From Dehalococcoidia bacterium (GTDB lineage Bacteria; Chloroflexota; Dehalococcoidia; SpSt-223): a stretch of 64,000 nucleotides of DNA. The notes beneath the pieces were generated by a model, which saw only the letters and a list, made by a program, of their open reading frames with translations, did not search any database and was not told the DNA's origin. Shown in pieces: positions 62,605-64,000 of the stretch (position 1 is the stretch's first letter; every line of letters begins with the position of its first letter). The position numbers and the translations under genes were made by a program. The stretch lies in contig JAXLWW010000001.1 of assembly GCA_046328265.1 (NCBI GenBank), positions 116,552 through 180,551 of the forward strand, in the 5' to 3' direction.

Positions 62605-64000
62605 GGCAGAATCTCGAAGAGGCGGAATTGCCCCGCGCTTCCAACCTCGCGCACGCCAGGTACCGCCTCGTCCTCGGTGAGCCAGGCCGACCAGGCTCTT
62701 GGGTAGGCGTCGCCGACCAGCACAAACCGTGTCTGGTAGCGCCGCGCGAGGGCTACCGCGTCCGACGGTGGGAGATTCGGCATCACGATCGCTGACGTTC
62801 CGGAGAGCACCGCATAGGTTGCGGGGTCGGCGACCATCACCACGGCGCCGGGGTCTTGTGCCCGGATTTCAGCCGCCGCCAAGCCGAGGTCCGCCCGCCA
62901 GGTGCGCCATTCGCCAAGTTGTTGCCAGCCTAACCCAAGACCGGCGGCGAGGCTGCCACTCAGCGCGATCAGCGCAATTCGCTGGCGCGCCTCGCTCGGG
63001 TCGAGCCGCCGCCGGCTCGCCAGCCAGCCCGAAAAGCGCTGGAGCCCTAGCACCGTCGCCGCCGCAAACGCCGGTACTAACGCCGCCAGACCGTGGGCAA
63101 AACCACCACGCGCACCGGGGAAGGTGAACACCAGCGACATCGCCACCAACAAGAGCGCAAGGTAGACCAGCGGAGCCGGCTGCCTGCGCCGCAAGACCAG
63201 CAGCCCGCCCAGGGCAAACGGGGTCAGAAAGAGGTGGCCCAGCAACGCCAGAACCCCGAGGTTCAAGCCGAGCGCGAGCATCTTCTCGGTCGCGATCGCG
63301 CCGAGGCCGCGCGCCATCCACTCCGCGGTCGATGCCCCGCCGGGGCGAAATAGGTCGTTGTATTCGGTCAGCCAGATCGTCGCTAGTCCGGCCGGTGTGG
63401 CCACTCCGAATTCGGCGAGGTTTCGGGCTGCCCACGGCGCGACTACCAACCCATAGGCCGCTGCGGCCAGCGCGGCGGCACGCCACTCTCGCCGCGCCGA
63501 CCGAACGATCAGGATCGTCGCCAGCAGCAAGAAACCCTCGGCTCGGGCCAGTTGTCCCAGTCCGGCGAGGCTGCCGCCAAGGAACGCCCAGCGCCATCCG
63601 GGACGGTCGGCGCAGATCAGGGCAAGCGACCCGACGAGCGCCGCAACCGCCATCGGGTCGGTCGTCGTCCAATGGGCGGCGTACGGCCCGGCAACCAGGG
63701 CCAATCCGGCAGCGACCGCGGCTTCTCGCCTGCTCGCTCCCCAGCGTCCGGCCAGCCAGGCCGCCACCGGCGCAAGCGCTGCCGAAAGGACGAGGTTCGG
63801 CAACACTGGGGCCGGCCAACGCTCGCCCAGCAGGCGGACGCTCCCGGCGACCAGCACCGCTTCGAGCGGCATCCAGTAGTCATGGCTCGGGTGGACGATC
63901 GCCTCGGGAAGACGCAGCCAGTGCCAGATGATCGGCTCGCTGAGACCGTGGCCTGCCGCCAGTTCTCGCCCGATCAGGTCGCTGTAGGCGGCGTCGAGAT
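62601..64000 (-). CDS. Polytopic membrane protein, GT-C-type glycosyltransferase-like (ArnT/PMT-like); N-terminus lies beyond the window end
   Basis: Open frame continues without a stop upstream of the Met at 63872 to the window edge (...LDAAYSDLIGRELAAGHGLSEPIIWHWLRLPEAIVHPSHDYWMPLEAV...). At least 10 hydrophobic helices. Confidence 0.55.
   Translation of the reverse strand, partial: LDAAYSDLIGRELAAGHGLSEPIIWHWLRLPEAIVHPSHDYWMPLEAVLVAGSVRLLGERWPAPVLPNLVLSAALAPVAAWLAGRWGASRREAAVAAGLALVAGPYAAHWTTTDPMAVAALVGSLALICADRPGWRWAFLGGSLAGLGQLARAEGFLLLATILIVRSARREWRAAALAAAAYGLVVAPWAARNLAEFGVATPAGLATIWLTEYNDLFRPGGASTAEWMARGLGAIATEKMLALGLNLGVLALLGHLFLTPFALGGLLVLRRRQPAPLVYLALLLVAMSLVFTFPGARGGFAHGLAALVPAFAAATVLGLQRFSGWLASRRRLDPSEARQRIALIALSGSLAAGLGLGWQQLGEWRTWRADLGLAAAEIRAQDPGAVVMVADPATYAVLSGTSAIVMPNLPPSDAVALARRYQTRFVLVGDAYPRAWSAWLTEDEAVPGVREVGSAGQFRLFEILP

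Overview
High-GC (~65-67%) bacterial chromosomal window. Zn-ribbon ribosomal proteins (S4, S14 type Z, L36, an unusual L24), Zn-lid adenylate kinase and a Thermus-like EF-G suggest a thermophile, possibly Chloroflexota/Thermomicrobia-like. This lineage call is inference. Layout: (i) 1-3.0 kb, purF-purN-purH on the minus strand (purH runs off the window start). (ii) 3.2-16.5 kb, a plus-strand run of metabolic and housekeeping genes: GT2 glycosyltransferase, amidohydrolase, a Pro-rich protein with an internally duplicated motif, acyl-CoA synthetase, a DUF1461-like membrane protein, tldD and pmbA (divergent from an FmdB-type zinc-ribbon gene), MOSC protein, secreted subtilisin, recQ. (iii) 16.8-19.2 kb, an orphan oligopeptide-type ABC permease pair plus a thioredoxin-like [2Fe-2S] ferredoxin on the minus strand. 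(iv) 19.3-23.7 kb, a TolB-like lipoprotein, a small membrane protein, an OmpR-family response regulator, a PAS histidine kinase and a signal-less GH5. (v) 23.8-52.6 kb, one long minus-strand ribosomal and RNA-polymerase superoperon: rpoB-rpoC-rpsL-rpsG-fusA-rpsJ-rplC...rplO-secY-adk-map-rpmJ-rpsM-rpsK-rpsD-rpoA-rplQ-truA-rplM-rpsI. tuf and infA are absent from their canonical slots, and fusA carries an apparent 1-nt frameshift. (vi) 53-64 kb, tRNA-Gly(CCC), an SCP-x-type thiolase with its DUF35 partner, monomeric isocitrate dehydrogenase, a ~1.1 kb ORF-poor tract, a GNAT acetyltransferase, a large zinc-ribbon/adenylyl-cyclase/STAND-ATPase/TPR signalling protein and a GT-C membrane glycosyltransferase running off the window end. 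No CRISPR array, integrase, transposase or recognisable defence-system core was seen. The most noteworthy items are the fusA frameshift, the zinc-ribbon L24 and extended S3/L16 proteins, the FmdB Cys/Gly-tailed peptide divergent from TldD/PmbA, and the unexplained 1.1 kb tract. Many long ORFs in the six-frame track are antisense shadow ORFs typical of high-GC DNA and were not called.
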